Both the position numbers and the translations under genes were made by a program. The notes under the pieces were generated by a model. The model worked only from the letters and a program-made list of their open reading frames with translations. It had not been told where the DNA came from and did not search any database. Shown here one piece after another: positions 6,124-15,103 of a stretch of 59,621 nucleotides of DNA. The stretch is from positions 1 through 59,621 of the IMG/VR virus record IMGVR_UViG_2974625098_000001. One strand, given 5' to 3'. Source of the DNA: a virus (lineage: Duplodnaviria > Heunggongvirae > Uroviricota > Caudoviricetes). Numbering within the stretch: the stretch's first letter is position 1; every line of letters starts with the position of its first letter.

Positions 6124-7107
6124 ATGAAAATTAGCTACTACACAGTATCTAGTAATCTAGATAGGACTAGAGGCTATGGGAACGCCGGGTTTCAGGTAGT
6201 AACCTCCCTTCAACAGCTAGGTCATGAGGTTCCCTTTGACGACCCGGAGGCTCCAGTTCAGATTAACTTCTGCCAGCCCCAAGACTACAAGTTCAATCCA
6301 GGCCAGTACACCATCGGGTATACTCCTTGGGAGAGCACCGAGCTGCCAGACGGATGGCTTGAAGCGTTCAACACCTGTGATGAGGTCTGGGCCACATCTG
6401 ACTGGGTTGCTGAGGTCTATCGTAACGCTGGGGTAACGGTTCCTGTCAAGAGCTACGAACATGGCCTTGACCCACGATGGACTCCTCGCAAGAGAGAAAA
6501 TAACGGTAAGATAAAGTTCCTTCATGTAGGTGAGCCAGCCCTGCGCAAGGGTGGTCAGATGGCCATTGACGCGTTCCGAGCTGTCTTCGGCGACCGCGAT
6601 GATGTACACTTGACCGTAAAGGCTTACTACAGCCATTACCTACAGGTTTGGCAGAATGGAAAGGTCGTTAGCCCAGAGAAGGCATATAATAACGTATCCA
6701 TCATTACTGAGAATATGCATCTCGATGAATTGCAGGAACTCTATTACGACCATGACGTTCTTATCTATCCTTCTTATGGCGAAGGATTCGGATTCATTCC
6801 TTTGCAGGCTTTGGGAACGGGAATGCCGGTTGTTTGCACTGATGACTGGGCTCCCTACAAGAAGTTCCTCGGTCCTCTTCGCGTAACCGGCCGATACGAC
6901 CGCAGCATTTGGTCTCTCCATCCCGGCGACGTATACTACCCAGACTATGACCAGCTCAAGCAGTCTCTAGCCTTCGCGGCTCATGACATCGAGTTCTTGT
7001 CCGGGTATTATTACGCACAGGCCAGGGATGTTCACAAAGCGTACAACTGGCTGGAGCTGACCGAGAAGGCGTTCGCTCCCATCGTCTCGATGTTTACGAA
7101 CCCGTGA
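6124..7107 (+). CDS. Glycosyltransferase family 4 (GT-B)
   Basis: RKGG motif, PSYGEGFGFIPLQALGTGMPVV (E-x7 GT4 signature variant). Confidence 0.9.
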   Translation: MKISYYTVSSNLDRTRGYGNAGFQVVTSLQQLGHEVPFDDPEAPVQINFCQPQDYKFNPGQYTIGYTPWESTELPDGWLEAFNTCDEVWATSDWVAEVYRNAGVTVPVKSYEHGLDPRWTPRKRENNGKIKFLHVGEPALRKGGQMAIDAFRAVFGDRDDVHLTVKAYYSHYLQVWQNGKVVSPEKAYNNVSIITENMHLDELQELYYDHDVLIYPSYGEGFGFIPLQALGTGMPVVCTDDWAPYKKFLGPLRVTGRYDRSIWSLHPGDVYYPDYDQLKQSLAFAAHDIEFLSGYYYAQARDVHKAYNWLELTEKAFAPIVSMFTNP

Positions 7108-7122
7108 CCTAAAATACTTTTG

Positions 7123-7151
7123 GCACCCCCGCCCACTAAGGACGGGGGTGC
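7123..7151 (+). terminator. GC-rich hairpin after glycosyltransferase
   Basis: gcacccccg-11 nt-cgggggtgc. Confidence 0.6.
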
Positions 7152-7224
7152 TACACTATATAGACCACAACATCTAGACTATTAAGGCCCTTGGCAAGGG
7201 GTCTAGGAGGAGTTTTTTCTTTTT

Positions 7225-9171
7225 ATGGATGGTTTCATCGACACCGAGGGTCGCATCACCGACCCATACCGCAATTTCATTCACCTATCCCGCTACTCGC
7301 GTTGGCTCGACTCCGAGGGACGACGAGAGACTTGGGTAGAGACGGTTGACCGCTACGTCAACTTTATGCTTGACCACCTTGACAAGAACAACGGATACAC
7401 CCCGCCTGCCGATGAGGTAGAGCTGGTTCGCAATTTCATCATGGAGCACATGGCGCTTCCGTCCATGCGTGCTCTGATGACTGCTGGTCCTGCGCTTGAG
7501 CGCAACAACATCGCCGGATATAACTGTTCCTACGTTGTTGTTGATAATCCGGTAGCCTTTGACGAGATTCTTTACATTCTGATGAATGGCACTGGCGTTG
7601 GTTTCTCCTGCGAGAAGCGTTACGTCGAGAAGTTGCCGGTTGTTCCTCAGCTTCACGATTCTGAGAATGTAATCCACGTTGAGGACTCCAAGGAAGGATG
7701 GGCTCACGCTTACCACGACCTCGTTGCTGGTCTCTACAATGGTGTTATCCAGAAGTGGGACGTTAGCGGAGTTCGTGCAGCGGGCGAGCGACTAAAGACT
7801 TTCGGTGGTCGTGCTTCGGGTCCGGCTCCACTGGTTGAGCTGTTCGAGTTCACCGTGGACACCTTCCTCAAGGCGCAGGGTCGCAAGTTGACTGACCTTG
7901 AGGCTCACGACATCGTATGTGAAATTGCAAGCGTCGTAGTTGTCGGTGGCGTCCGTCGTTCCGCTCTTATTTCTTTGGGCGACCTGGATTCCGATGGACA
8001 CCGTTCCAGCAAGTCTGGAGCTTGGTGGGAGAAGAACGGCCAGCGTGCTCTTGCGAATAACTCTGCGGTGTACGATGAGAAGCCTTCTCGCGAGGTCTTC
8101 GATGCTGAGTGGCAGTCGCTTATCGACTCTGGTTCTGGTGAGCGTGGCCTATTCAGCCGCGAGGCTTCCCGGAAGCAGGCTGCGAAGTACGGACGACGTT
8201 CTGCGGACATCGACTACGGTACGAACCCTTGCTCGGAAATCATCCTCCGTCCAAATCAGTTCTGCAATCTTTCAACGGTAGTGGTTTCTGGTGATGACGA
8301 TATTCTGACGCTCTCTGCAAAGGTACGAGCGGCGACTATCCTGGGTACCTGGCAGTCCACGCTGACGAACTTCAAGTACCTTCGTCAGATTTGGAAGCAG
8401 AACACCGAGGAGGAGCGTCTTCTAGGCGTCTCGATGACTGGTCCATTCGGTAACAAGTTGCTGAACGGCACCATTTCCTTCGAGAAGACCGCCGAGGTGC
8501 TGAATTACCTTCGCGGAGTTGCTGTTGAGACGAATAAGCGAGTTGCCGAGCGTATCGGAATCCCGCAGGCAGCGGCGGTTACCTGTGTGAAGCCCGAGGG
8601 AACATCCTCTCAGCTCACACTAACCTCTTCTGGTCTGCACGCGTGGCACAATGAGCACTACGTTCGCACCGTTCGTATCGACCGCAAGGACCCAATCTGC
8701 CAGTTCATGATTGATTCCGGCTTCCCATGGGAGCCAGACGTTATGAACCCAGAGGCCACCGCAGTCTTTTCGTTCCCAATTGCCGCTCCAGAGGGCGCAA
8801 TTACTCGAAATGACCTCTCGGCCATCGAGCACCTTGAGCTGTGGATGCTTTATCAGCGCATGTGGTGCGAGCACAAGCCTTCGGTAACCATTTACGTCAA
8901 GCCTGACGAGTGGGAGACCGTTGGAAACTGGGTTTACGAGAACTTCGATGAGGTTTCCGGAATCTCCTTCCTGCCTCACAGCGAGCACACGTACCAGCAG
9001 GCCCCTTACCAGGATATTACGGCTGACGAATATGCTGAGTGGACCTACAAGATGCCCGTAAATGTTGACTGGTCTCTGCTTTCGGCCTACGAGCTGGAGG
9101 ACACGACGACCGGAACGCAGGAACTTGCTTGTGTTGCAGGTGCGTGCGAGGTTGTAGACCTTTCTAAGTAA
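7225..9171 (+). CDS. nrdJ: Class II (adenosylcobalamin-dependent) ribonucleotide reductase
   Basis: TNPCSEI radical motif, FCNL, VKPEGT, C-terminal ACVAGAC; no beta subunit nearby. Confidence 0.95.
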   Translation: MDGFIDTEGRITDPYRNFIHLSRYSRWLDSEGRRETWVETVDRYVNFMLDHLDKNNGYTPPADEVELVRNFIMEHMALPSMRALMTAGPALERNNIAGYNCSYVVVDNPVAFDEILYILMNGTGVGFSCEKRYVEKLPVVPQLHDSENVIHVEDSKEGWAHAYHDLVAGLYNGVIQKWDVSGVRAAGERLKTFGGRASGPAPLVELFEFTVDTFLKAQGRKLTDLEAHDIVCEIASVVVVGGVRRSALISLGDLDSDGHRSSKSGAWWEKNGQRALANNSAVYDEKPSREVFDAEWQSLIDSGSGERGLFSREASRKQAAKYGRRSADIDYGTNPCSEIILRPNQFCNLSTVVVSGDDDILTLSAKVRAATILGTWQSTLTNFKYLRQIWKQNTEEERLLGVSMTGPFGNKLLNGTISFEKTAEVLNYLRGVAVETNKRVAERIGIPQAAAVTCVKPEGTSSQLTLTSSGLHAWHNEHYVRTVRIDRKDPICQFMIDSGFPWEPDVMNPEATAVFSFPIAAPEGAITRNDLSAIEHLELWMLYQRMWCEHKPSVTIYVKPDEWETVGNWVYENFDEVSGISFLPHSEHTYQQAPYQDITADEYAEWTYKMPVNVDWSLLSAYELEDTTTGTQELACVAGACEVVDLSK

Positions 9172-9182
9172 GAATTAAGCAA

Positions 9183-9209
9183 AGCCCCGGCCTCTCGGCC
9201 GGGGTTTTT
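9183..9209 (+). terminator. Intrinsic terminator
   Basis: agccccggcc-tctc-ggccgggg-tttttg. Confidence 0.85.
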
Positions 9210-9263
9210 GTGCTTTCTAAGCTCTTTCGCGGTACAATATGTTTGAATGGAGGTGGATATAAT

Positions 9264-10520
9264 ATGGCAACACCAATGACTGCAAGTCAGATTGTCGCAC
9301 AGCTTAAGAAGTGGGGCATTAAGTACAAGGAAGTAAAGTCGTGGAAGACCCACAACAGGAATTCCAAGGGAGCCTGGGGTGGAATGAACGGTTTTATCTG
9401 GCACCACACTGGCGCTGACGTAAAGGACGCGGCTGCGTATGCAGGAAGCACCCTTTACAACGGCCTAAGCACCCTTCCAGGTCCACTTTGCCACTTCGGA
9501 CTAGCTCCTGATGGCACTGTGTATCTTATTGGATGGGGACGTGCAAACCACGCTGGTGGTGGAGACCCAACCGTTCTTAACCACGTAATCAACGAGGATT
9601 ACTCTGGTCAGCTACACCCAACCAAGGGTAACGCTAACGGCACAGACGGAAACGCGCACTTCTACGGCGTTGAGATTATGTACTCCGGAAGTCACAAGAT
9701 GACTGACGCTCAGTACAAGACTGGTCTAAAGCTTTCGGCGGCTATTCTCGATTTCCACAAGTGGACTGAGAAGTCTGTAATTGGACACGGTGAATGGTCA
9801 AACGATAAGTGGGACCCAGGCTATGCGTCTGGAAAGATTATGGACATGACGAAGGTTCGTGCTGACGTTAAGGCTACGCTAAAGGCTGGAGCTAAGCCTG
9901 CTCCTGCCCCAGCACCAAAGCCAGCGCCAAAGCCGGTTCCAACGCCAACACCTAAGCCAACACCAACGCCTACCCCTAAGCCTTGGACTGGCACAATTAG
10001 TCCAAAGTCTCGTGAAACTGAGGCTACGATTAAGGCTCAGGCAGCCGAGGCTGTTAAGACCTGGCCTTTCATTGCTGAGGTAGAGAAGGCTCATGGACTT
10101 CCGGAGGGATTGCTTGTCGCGGTCGGTTCTCGCGAAACTAATCTCAAGAATGTCATCGGAGACGGTGGCCACGGATTCGGCGTGTGGCAGCGTGATAACC
10201 GTTACTGGAAGGTTGATGAGACCTACCTGAACGACGTTCGCAAGCAGGCTGAGGATGCAGCTACGCTCCTTGCCGCTAACTACAAGGCCCTGAATAACTG
10301 GGGATTTGCGGCGGCTGCGTACAATGCTGGGGTTGATGGCGTAAAGACAGCTATTGCAGCGGGCAAGTCTCCAGACTCGGCAACGACCGGTGGAGATTAT
10401 GCGGCGGACGTGCTGGGACGACTGGCTTACGTACCAAAGGCTCCTGCTCCAAAGCCTCTAACCCTTGAGGAACGAGTCGCAGAGCTTGAAAAGCGAGTTG
10501 CGGAGCTTGAAAAGAAGTAA
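9264..10520 (+). CDS. Endolysin: amidase_2 domain, Pro-rich linker, GH23/lysozyme-like domain (start revised to 9264)
   Basis: SD GGAGGT; WHHTG, PLCH, GVEI, IGHGEW amidase motifs; (KP/TP)n linker; SRETN...GHGFGVWQ...AAYNAG. Confidence 0.9.
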   Translation: MATPMTASQIVAQLKKWGIKYKEVKSWKTHNRNSKGAWGGMNGFIWHHTGADVKDAAAYAGSTLYNGLSTLPGPLCHFGLAPDGTVYLIGWGRANHAGGGDPTVLNHVINEDYSGQLHPTKGNANGTDGNAHFYGVEIMYSGSHKMTDAQYKTGLKLSAAILDFHKWTEKSVIGHGEWSNDKWDPGYASGKIMDMTKVRADVKATLKAGAKPAPAPAPKPAPKPVPTPTPKPTPTPTPKPWTGTISPKSRETEATIKAQAAEAVKTWPFIAEVEKAHGLPEGLLVAVGSRETNLKNVIGDGGHGFGVWQRDNRYWKVDETYLNDVRKQAEDAATLLAANYKALNNWGFAAAAYNAGVDGVKTAIAAGKSPDSATTGGDYAADVLGRLAYVPKAPAPKPLTLEERVAELEKRVAELEKK

Positions 10521-10530
10521 TTGATATGCT

Positions 10531-10645
10531 ATCCTAAGACTACAGCCTATGGAAATGAGTCCGGGTTGTCTAGGGCGCTCCGTGCAGCGCTTTCTTAGGA
10601 TGAGTTATATTACCGTCATCGGCCTCTCCCTTCGGGGAGGGGCCA
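10531..10645 (+). ncRNA. Candidate small RNA (three-way junction plus terminator)
   Basis: ATCCTAAGA/TCTTAGGAT enclosing two hairpins in an intergenic gap. Confidence 0.35.
10621..10644 (+). terminator. Terminator hairpin with UUCG loop
   Basis: ggcctctccc-ttcg-gggaggggcc. Confidence 0.8.
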
Positions 10646-10675
10646 TTGGCGTTTCTGGGCTATTAGCGGTATAAT
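10646..10675 (+). promoter_or_regulatory. Promoter for LamG gene (near-leaderless)
   Basis: TTGGCG-18-TATAAT; ATG 9 nt later, no SD. Confidence 0.7.
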
Positions 10676-10684
10676 TCCATTATC

Positions 10685-13117
10685 ATGACTTATATTTATC
10701 GAGTTCTACGAGAAGGGCCATCGGGTCTGTGGCCCATGGACAGCCAGCCAATTGTTGACAAGTCTGGCTATGGAAAGAACGCCACATTCACCGGGACTCC
10801 TAGGACCACCCGACCAATCGTGGCGAGGGGGATTGCTGCCCAGCTACTAGATTCCGGGGATATCATCTCGTATCCAATCGGTAACATTATGAAGTCTGGT
10901 CGAGAAAATAGCTCATTCACCCTGGAAGCTTGGGTCAAGCCGTCCGATGGAAACACCGAAATCCTGACTCGCGATAACAGCGGGCTATTTATCGACGGAT
11001 TGAAGCTTAGGTTTTCCATTGATATGGGGACTGTCTACTCTGTTGAGTACAAGAATCTCCGGGCTGGAGATATCTACCACGTCGTTGCCGTCTACGATGG
11101 CACTGGAATCTACCTATTCCTCAATGGCGTGAGGGTCGCGGGTCTGGACATTGATGTCCCTGCGGCAATTGCTGATACAGCCACCAATCTTTCTTCGTCC
11201 ACCAGCTCCAGCGTAGTCCTGGACTCCGTGGCTACCTACTCCTACGTCTTGCCAGCCTCGGTTATTGCTGCTCATTACGTGCTTGGCACCGACTACCCTG
11301 GCGTCACCGACCTTTCCAAGAATAATGGTGGAAACCACTATGACTTCGTGGACACGAGCGTCGGTCTCTATGCAAAGGGCGTTTTCCCAGACACGCTTGC
11401 TTGGACGGCGGGTCTTTCTGAGGGCTTGGCCATCATCAACAACCAGCTAGTCAATCTCTACAGCGATATCGACTTGCAGTTTGAAGCGGGAACCTGGACT
11501 TACCAGGAGTCGTTTGAGGCCGATGCCCTGACCACAATCGTGGGGTCTCGCATTATCTGGCGAGCTGGCGATGACGTCGTGGTGGAGAAGTCTGAGGATG
11601 GTGGAACGACATGGAATGCTTTGTCGAATGGCGGACAAATCGTGTCGAATAAGCCTTTGACCTCTGGATACTCCGTGAGTATTCGAGTATCCATTCCAGC
11701 ATCAGTCGAACAGATTGCAGTGGAATACCTGTCTGTCGCATTCTATTCGTCATTGAATGTTGTGGGTGCTGACGAAGACCTTCCAGCCGTAATCTTGAAT
11801 CCGGCCGCAACCACGGTTGCAGAGTACCATCGTCCAGCAGCCAGCTTTAACGACAACGCGGGAATAATCTTCGCGGATGGAACGGGCGGTCTCTCGATTG
11901 CCGAGGACGACGTATTTGGTGGATACTTCGCTGTAGAGATGACCGTCAAGGTGGACTCCAGCGCGGCCAGTGCCACGGTGCTCTACGTGAACACGGCTTC
12001 GGCACAGCCTCAGATTACCACCAACAGCTCTGGAAATTGGACCTTCGCCAATCTGACCGCTCTATATGTTGATGGCGTCTCAATTAGCTCAGGGGCCACA
12101 GTGACGGCTGGAGAGTGGCATCACGTCCTCGCAGTCTTCCCGGAGTCGCTAGCCACCGTTTACGTCGGAAATAACGCAGCGGGAACGGCCGGGTATCCCA
12201 TGAGGATTGGCCACCTAGCCACTTATTCCGATGACGTAAGCGCTTCTGACGCAGCCACTATCTACAAGGCGTGGGTAGGAGCACCAGCTTCGAGTGTTGC
12301 GGGCGGTGCTGCCAGTATCGGAGAGAACTCACCAACGGCTCCACGAGGTTTGATGGGCGTAACCGCTGATTCACAGGTCCAGTCGAACTCTGCTTACCCA
12401 AAGACAATGCTGACCACCAATCCGGCTGTTTATTGGCAGTTCAACGAATCTTCGGGTACGACAGTCTTTGACTCCTCTGGATATGGCCGTAACGGTGTTT
12501 GCATGTATGGCGCTCAGCTCGGCGGTGTTGGTTTGACTCCTTGTGGTCCAAGCGGAGCAGCTTATTTCAGTGGCACAGGTTCGCCTGAGATTATTATGTA
12601 CGGCTCTGACGCACCAGCTTCGAACAGCTTCTCGGCGTCCTGCATTGTTAAGACCACCTCCTCTGCGCTCATGTTTACCTGGAACCGAATGAGTTCCATT
12701 GCTGCGGCTCACGGTTACTACTGTGGCATTAACAACGGATATCCAGCATTCAAGATTTATGGAAGTGCTACGGAAAGGCTGGCGTCGGTTCAGGTAAATG
12801 ATGGAAAGCCGCACCACATTGTGTGGGTGCATACTCAGGGCAGCAATCCGAAGATTTATGTGGACGGAGTTCTTGTGCTAACTGCCCCGGCAGAGACCGT
12901 CAAGGATGCGAGTCAGCAGCCTGGCCTAAAGCTGGGAGCCAATGATGCGGGTGTTGGTGGCTCATTCCCATTTGACGGAACCATTGACGAGGCTGCTTGG
13001 TGGGGCAGGGCGCTTACTGCCGCCGAGGTAACGACCCTGCATGAGGGAAGCGTGACCTGTAGAAGGCCATCGTTCACTGGATATTCCCACGATTGGGCCA
13101 TCGTCACGGGCGGATAA
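10685..13117 (+). CDS. Multi-LamG (concanavalin A-like) virion protein, 810 aa
   Basis: Repeated FTLEAWVKP, YHVVAVYDG, YWQFNESSG, FDGTIDEAAWW motifs. Confidence 0.85.
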   Translation: MTYIYRVLREGPSGLWPMDSQPIVDKSGYGKNATFTGTPRTTRPIVARGIAAQLLDSGDIISYPIGNIMKSGRENSSFTLEAWVKPSDGNTEILTRDNSGLFIDGLKLRFSIDMGTVYSVEYKNLRAGDIYHVVAVYDGTGIYLFLNGVRVAGLDIDVPAAIADTATNLSSSTSSSVVLDSVATYSYVLPASVIAAHYVLGTDYPGVTDLSKNNGGNHYDFVDTSVGLYAKGVFPDTLAWTAGLSEGLAIINNQLVNLYSDIDLQFEAGTWTYQESFEADALTTIVGSRIIWRAGDDVVVEKSEDGGTTWNALSNGGQIVSNKPLTSGYSVSIRVSIPASVEQIAVEYLSVAFYSSLNVVGADEDLPAVILNPAATTVAEYHRPAASFNDNAGIIFADGTGGLSIAEDDVFGGYFAVEMTVKVDSSAASATVLYVNTASAQPQITTNSSGNWTFANLTALYVDGVSISSGATVTAGEWHHVLAVFPESLATVYVGNNAAGTAGYPMRIGHLATYSDDVSASDAATIYKAWVGAPASSVAGGAASIGENSPTAPRGLMGVTADSQVQSNSAYPKTMLTTNPAVYWQFNESSGTTVFDSSGYGRNGVCMYGAQLGGVGLTPCGPSGAAYFSGTGSPEIIMYGSDAPASNSFSASCIVKTTSSALMFTWNRMSSIAAAHGYYCGINNGYPAFKIYGSATERLASVQVNDGKPHHIVWVHTQGSNPKIYVDGVLVLTAPAETVKDASQQPGLKLGANDAGVGGSFPFDGTIDEAAWWGRALTAAEVTTLHEGSVTCRRPSFTGYSHDWAIVTGG

Positions 13118-13118
13118 C

Positions 13119-13169
13119 CAAATACGTGTACTAGAACGTGATTTTGACGCATTCTGGTACACGTATTTG
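13119..13169. terminator. Long AT-rich stem-loop
   Basis: caaatacgtgtactagaa...ttctggtacacgtatttg, ~18-bp stem. Confidence 0.6.
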
Positions 13170-13195
13170 CCATTAAGGCTTATTAGGGGTACAAT
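13167..13195 (+). promoter_or_regulatory. Leaderless promoter for head operon
   Basis: TTGCCA-17-TACAAT, ATG 6 nt later. Confidence 0.8.
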
Positions 13196-13201
13196 TTTCC
13201 T

Positions 13202-13525
13202 ATGAAACTAAACACTAAGCGCAAGCAGATTGTGGAAGAGGTTCCATACGGTGTTTATGTTTGGGAGATGCCCAACGGCCAGTGGATTGGCGACGACGAC
13301 GGTAACTTTCTGAACATTGCAGCCATGAAGGGTGACAAGAAGCGCATTCAGCAGCTTCGCGATGCAGTCGCCTCTTATGGAATCACCGAGGGCAAGCCCT
13401 TCTATCTATCTGGCCACCGTCAGGTAACTGACGAGGAATTTGAATACCAGAAGCAGCGAATGGCATTCGGCCTGGTCCCAGACGAGATGGACGTTCCTGC
13501 ATTCAGAGAGGAACTATCTAAGTAA
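13202..13525 (+). CDS. Hypothetical protein upstream of portal, 107 aa
   Basis: TAATG coupling to portal. Confidence 0.85.
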   Translation: MKLNTKRKQIVEEVPYGVYVWEMPNGQWIGDDDGNFLNIAAMKGDKKRIQQLRDAVASYGITEGKPFYLSGHRQVTDEEFEYQKQRMAFGLVPDEMDVPAFREELSK

Positions 13526-15096
13526 TGAGTAGGGCTGTATCCGTGGAGGACGGGCAGGAGATTGAGGTCCGTCTAGGCTCGGCGGTGGATTATCGTCCAT
13601 CGGCCGATGAAACTGATGTGTTTGCTAAGTCTGTTTCCGAGGTTCGGAAGATGGACGGATTGACCCCTGCGACAAAGCGTAATGCGACCCGAGAAATGCA
13701 GAAGTTTCAGCGCGGAGCCGGTGGAGCTAAGACAAAGCGCGAGGAGCGCGACGAGCTAACCGGATACAACCTATTCGAGGTCGTTCTACCACCTTACAAT
13801 CTTGACTACCTGGCGGCTCTTTATGAGAAGTCTTCGCCACACGCGGCGGCTGTCAAGGCTAAGGTTCGCAATATCGTAGGTCTAGGATATGAATTCGTTG
13901 AGTCCGATGCAACCAAGGAAGCCTTGGACCGCATTGAGGGTGACGAAAAGAAGTTGTCCAACTTCCGCAGGAAGCTGGCTCGTGGAAAGCGTGACCTTGT
14001 TGAGTGGCTAGACGCCTGCAACGAGGAGGATGAGTTTGCCGAGACCCTGGCTAAGGTGTGGACGGACTACGAGACCACTGGAAATGGCTACATTGAGGTA
14101 GGCCGTAAGAACACTGGAGAAATTGGCTACATCGGCCATATTCCAGCTACGACCATTCGTGTGCGCAAGAAGCGCGATGGCTTCATCCAGATTATCTCGA
14201 ACCGGGCGGTTTTCTTCCGGAACCTCGGTGACACCGAGACCAAGGACCCAATCGGTAACGACCCACGTCCTAACGAGATTATCCACCTCAAGAACTATAC
14301 CCCAACCAATGGCTACTACGGCGTTCCCGACATCATCTCGGCAATGACCGCTGTAACTGGAAACGAGTTCTCCGCTCGATTCAACCTTGACTACTTTGAG
14401 AACAAGGCTGTGCCTCGTTACGTCATCGTTATCAAGGGAGGTAATCTGTCCCCTCGTTCCGAGCAGCAGATTCTCGAATTCTTCCAGTCCAGCCTCAAGG
14501 GTAAGAACCACCGCACGCTGTACGTACCGCTTCCTGCCGAGGAGGACGGTAAGAAGGTCAGCTTCGAGATGAAGCCGGTCGAAACTGGAACCCAGGATTC
14601 TTCATTCAACAATTACCGTAAGGGAAACCTGAATGAAATTCTGATGGCTCATGGTGTACCAATTTCCAAGGTGTCTCTAGGCGAGGGTGTTTCTCTCGCG
14701 GCTGCGCGTGACGCGGACAAGACATTCAAGGAGCAGGTCTGCCGTCCAGCTCAGCGGGTTGTGGAAAAGAAGTTGAACAAGATTATCAAGGAACTTACTG
14801 ACGTGTTCACACTTCGTCTGAACGAGCTTTCGCTTACTGACGAGGACACTCAGTCGAAGATTGACGAGCGTTACCTACGCCTTGGCACCTACCTGCCTAA
14901 TGAGGTTCGTGCGCGTAAGGGAATGCCTGGAATTAAGGGTGGTGACAAGCCAGTAGAGCTTAAGCCACAGGCTCAGGCGGAACAGAGGGCTCAGGCGGGT
15001 AATACCCGTACCCGAGACCAGAACCGTGACGCGAACTCGCCGGATTCTTCGGGCGAGGCTCGCAATGCGAAGGGAGATGGGCGTCAAGCCGCCTAG
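13525..15096 (+). CDS. Portal protein (HK97/PBSX-like)
   Basis: DYETTGNGYIE, IIHLKNY...YYGVPD, ILMAHGVP, TYLPNEVRARKGMPGI. Confidence 0.95.
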   Translation: MSRAVSVEDGQEIEVRLGSAVDYRPSADETDVFAKSVSEVRKMDGLTPATKRNATREMQKFQRGAGGAKTKREERDELTGYNLFEVVLPPYNLDYLAALYEKSSPHAAAVKAKVRNIVGLGYEFVESDATKEALDRIEGDEKKLSNFRRKLARGKRDLVEWLDACNEEDEFAETLAKVWTDYETTGNGYIEVGRKNTGEIGYIGHIPATTIRVRKKRDGFIQIISNRAVFFRNLGDTETKDPIGNDPRPNEIIHLKNYTPTNGYYGVPDIISAMTAVTGNEFSARFNLDYFENKAVPRYVIVIKGGNLSPRSEQQILEFFQSSLKGKNHRTLYVPLPAEEDGKKVSFEMKPVETGTQDSSFNNYRKGNLNEILMAHGVPISKVSLGEGVSLAAARDADKTFKEQVCRPAQRVVEKKLNKIIKELTDVFTLRLNELSLTDEDTQSKIDERYLRLGTYLPNEVRARKGMPGIKGGDKPVELKPQAQAEQRAQAGNTRTRDQNRDANSPDSSGEARNAKGDGRQAA

Positions 15097-15103
15097 TTAG
15101 AAA

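Noticed and set aside
7225-9171. Inteins or introns in nrdJ, dnaB, dnaE, recA
   Set aside because: Lengths are normal, motifs are contiguous, no splice signatures seen.
10555-10675. Small ORF MSPGCLGRSVQRFLRM... in the endolysin-LamG gap
   Set aside because: No SD, runs through the terminator and the next promoter; RNA structure explains the region better.
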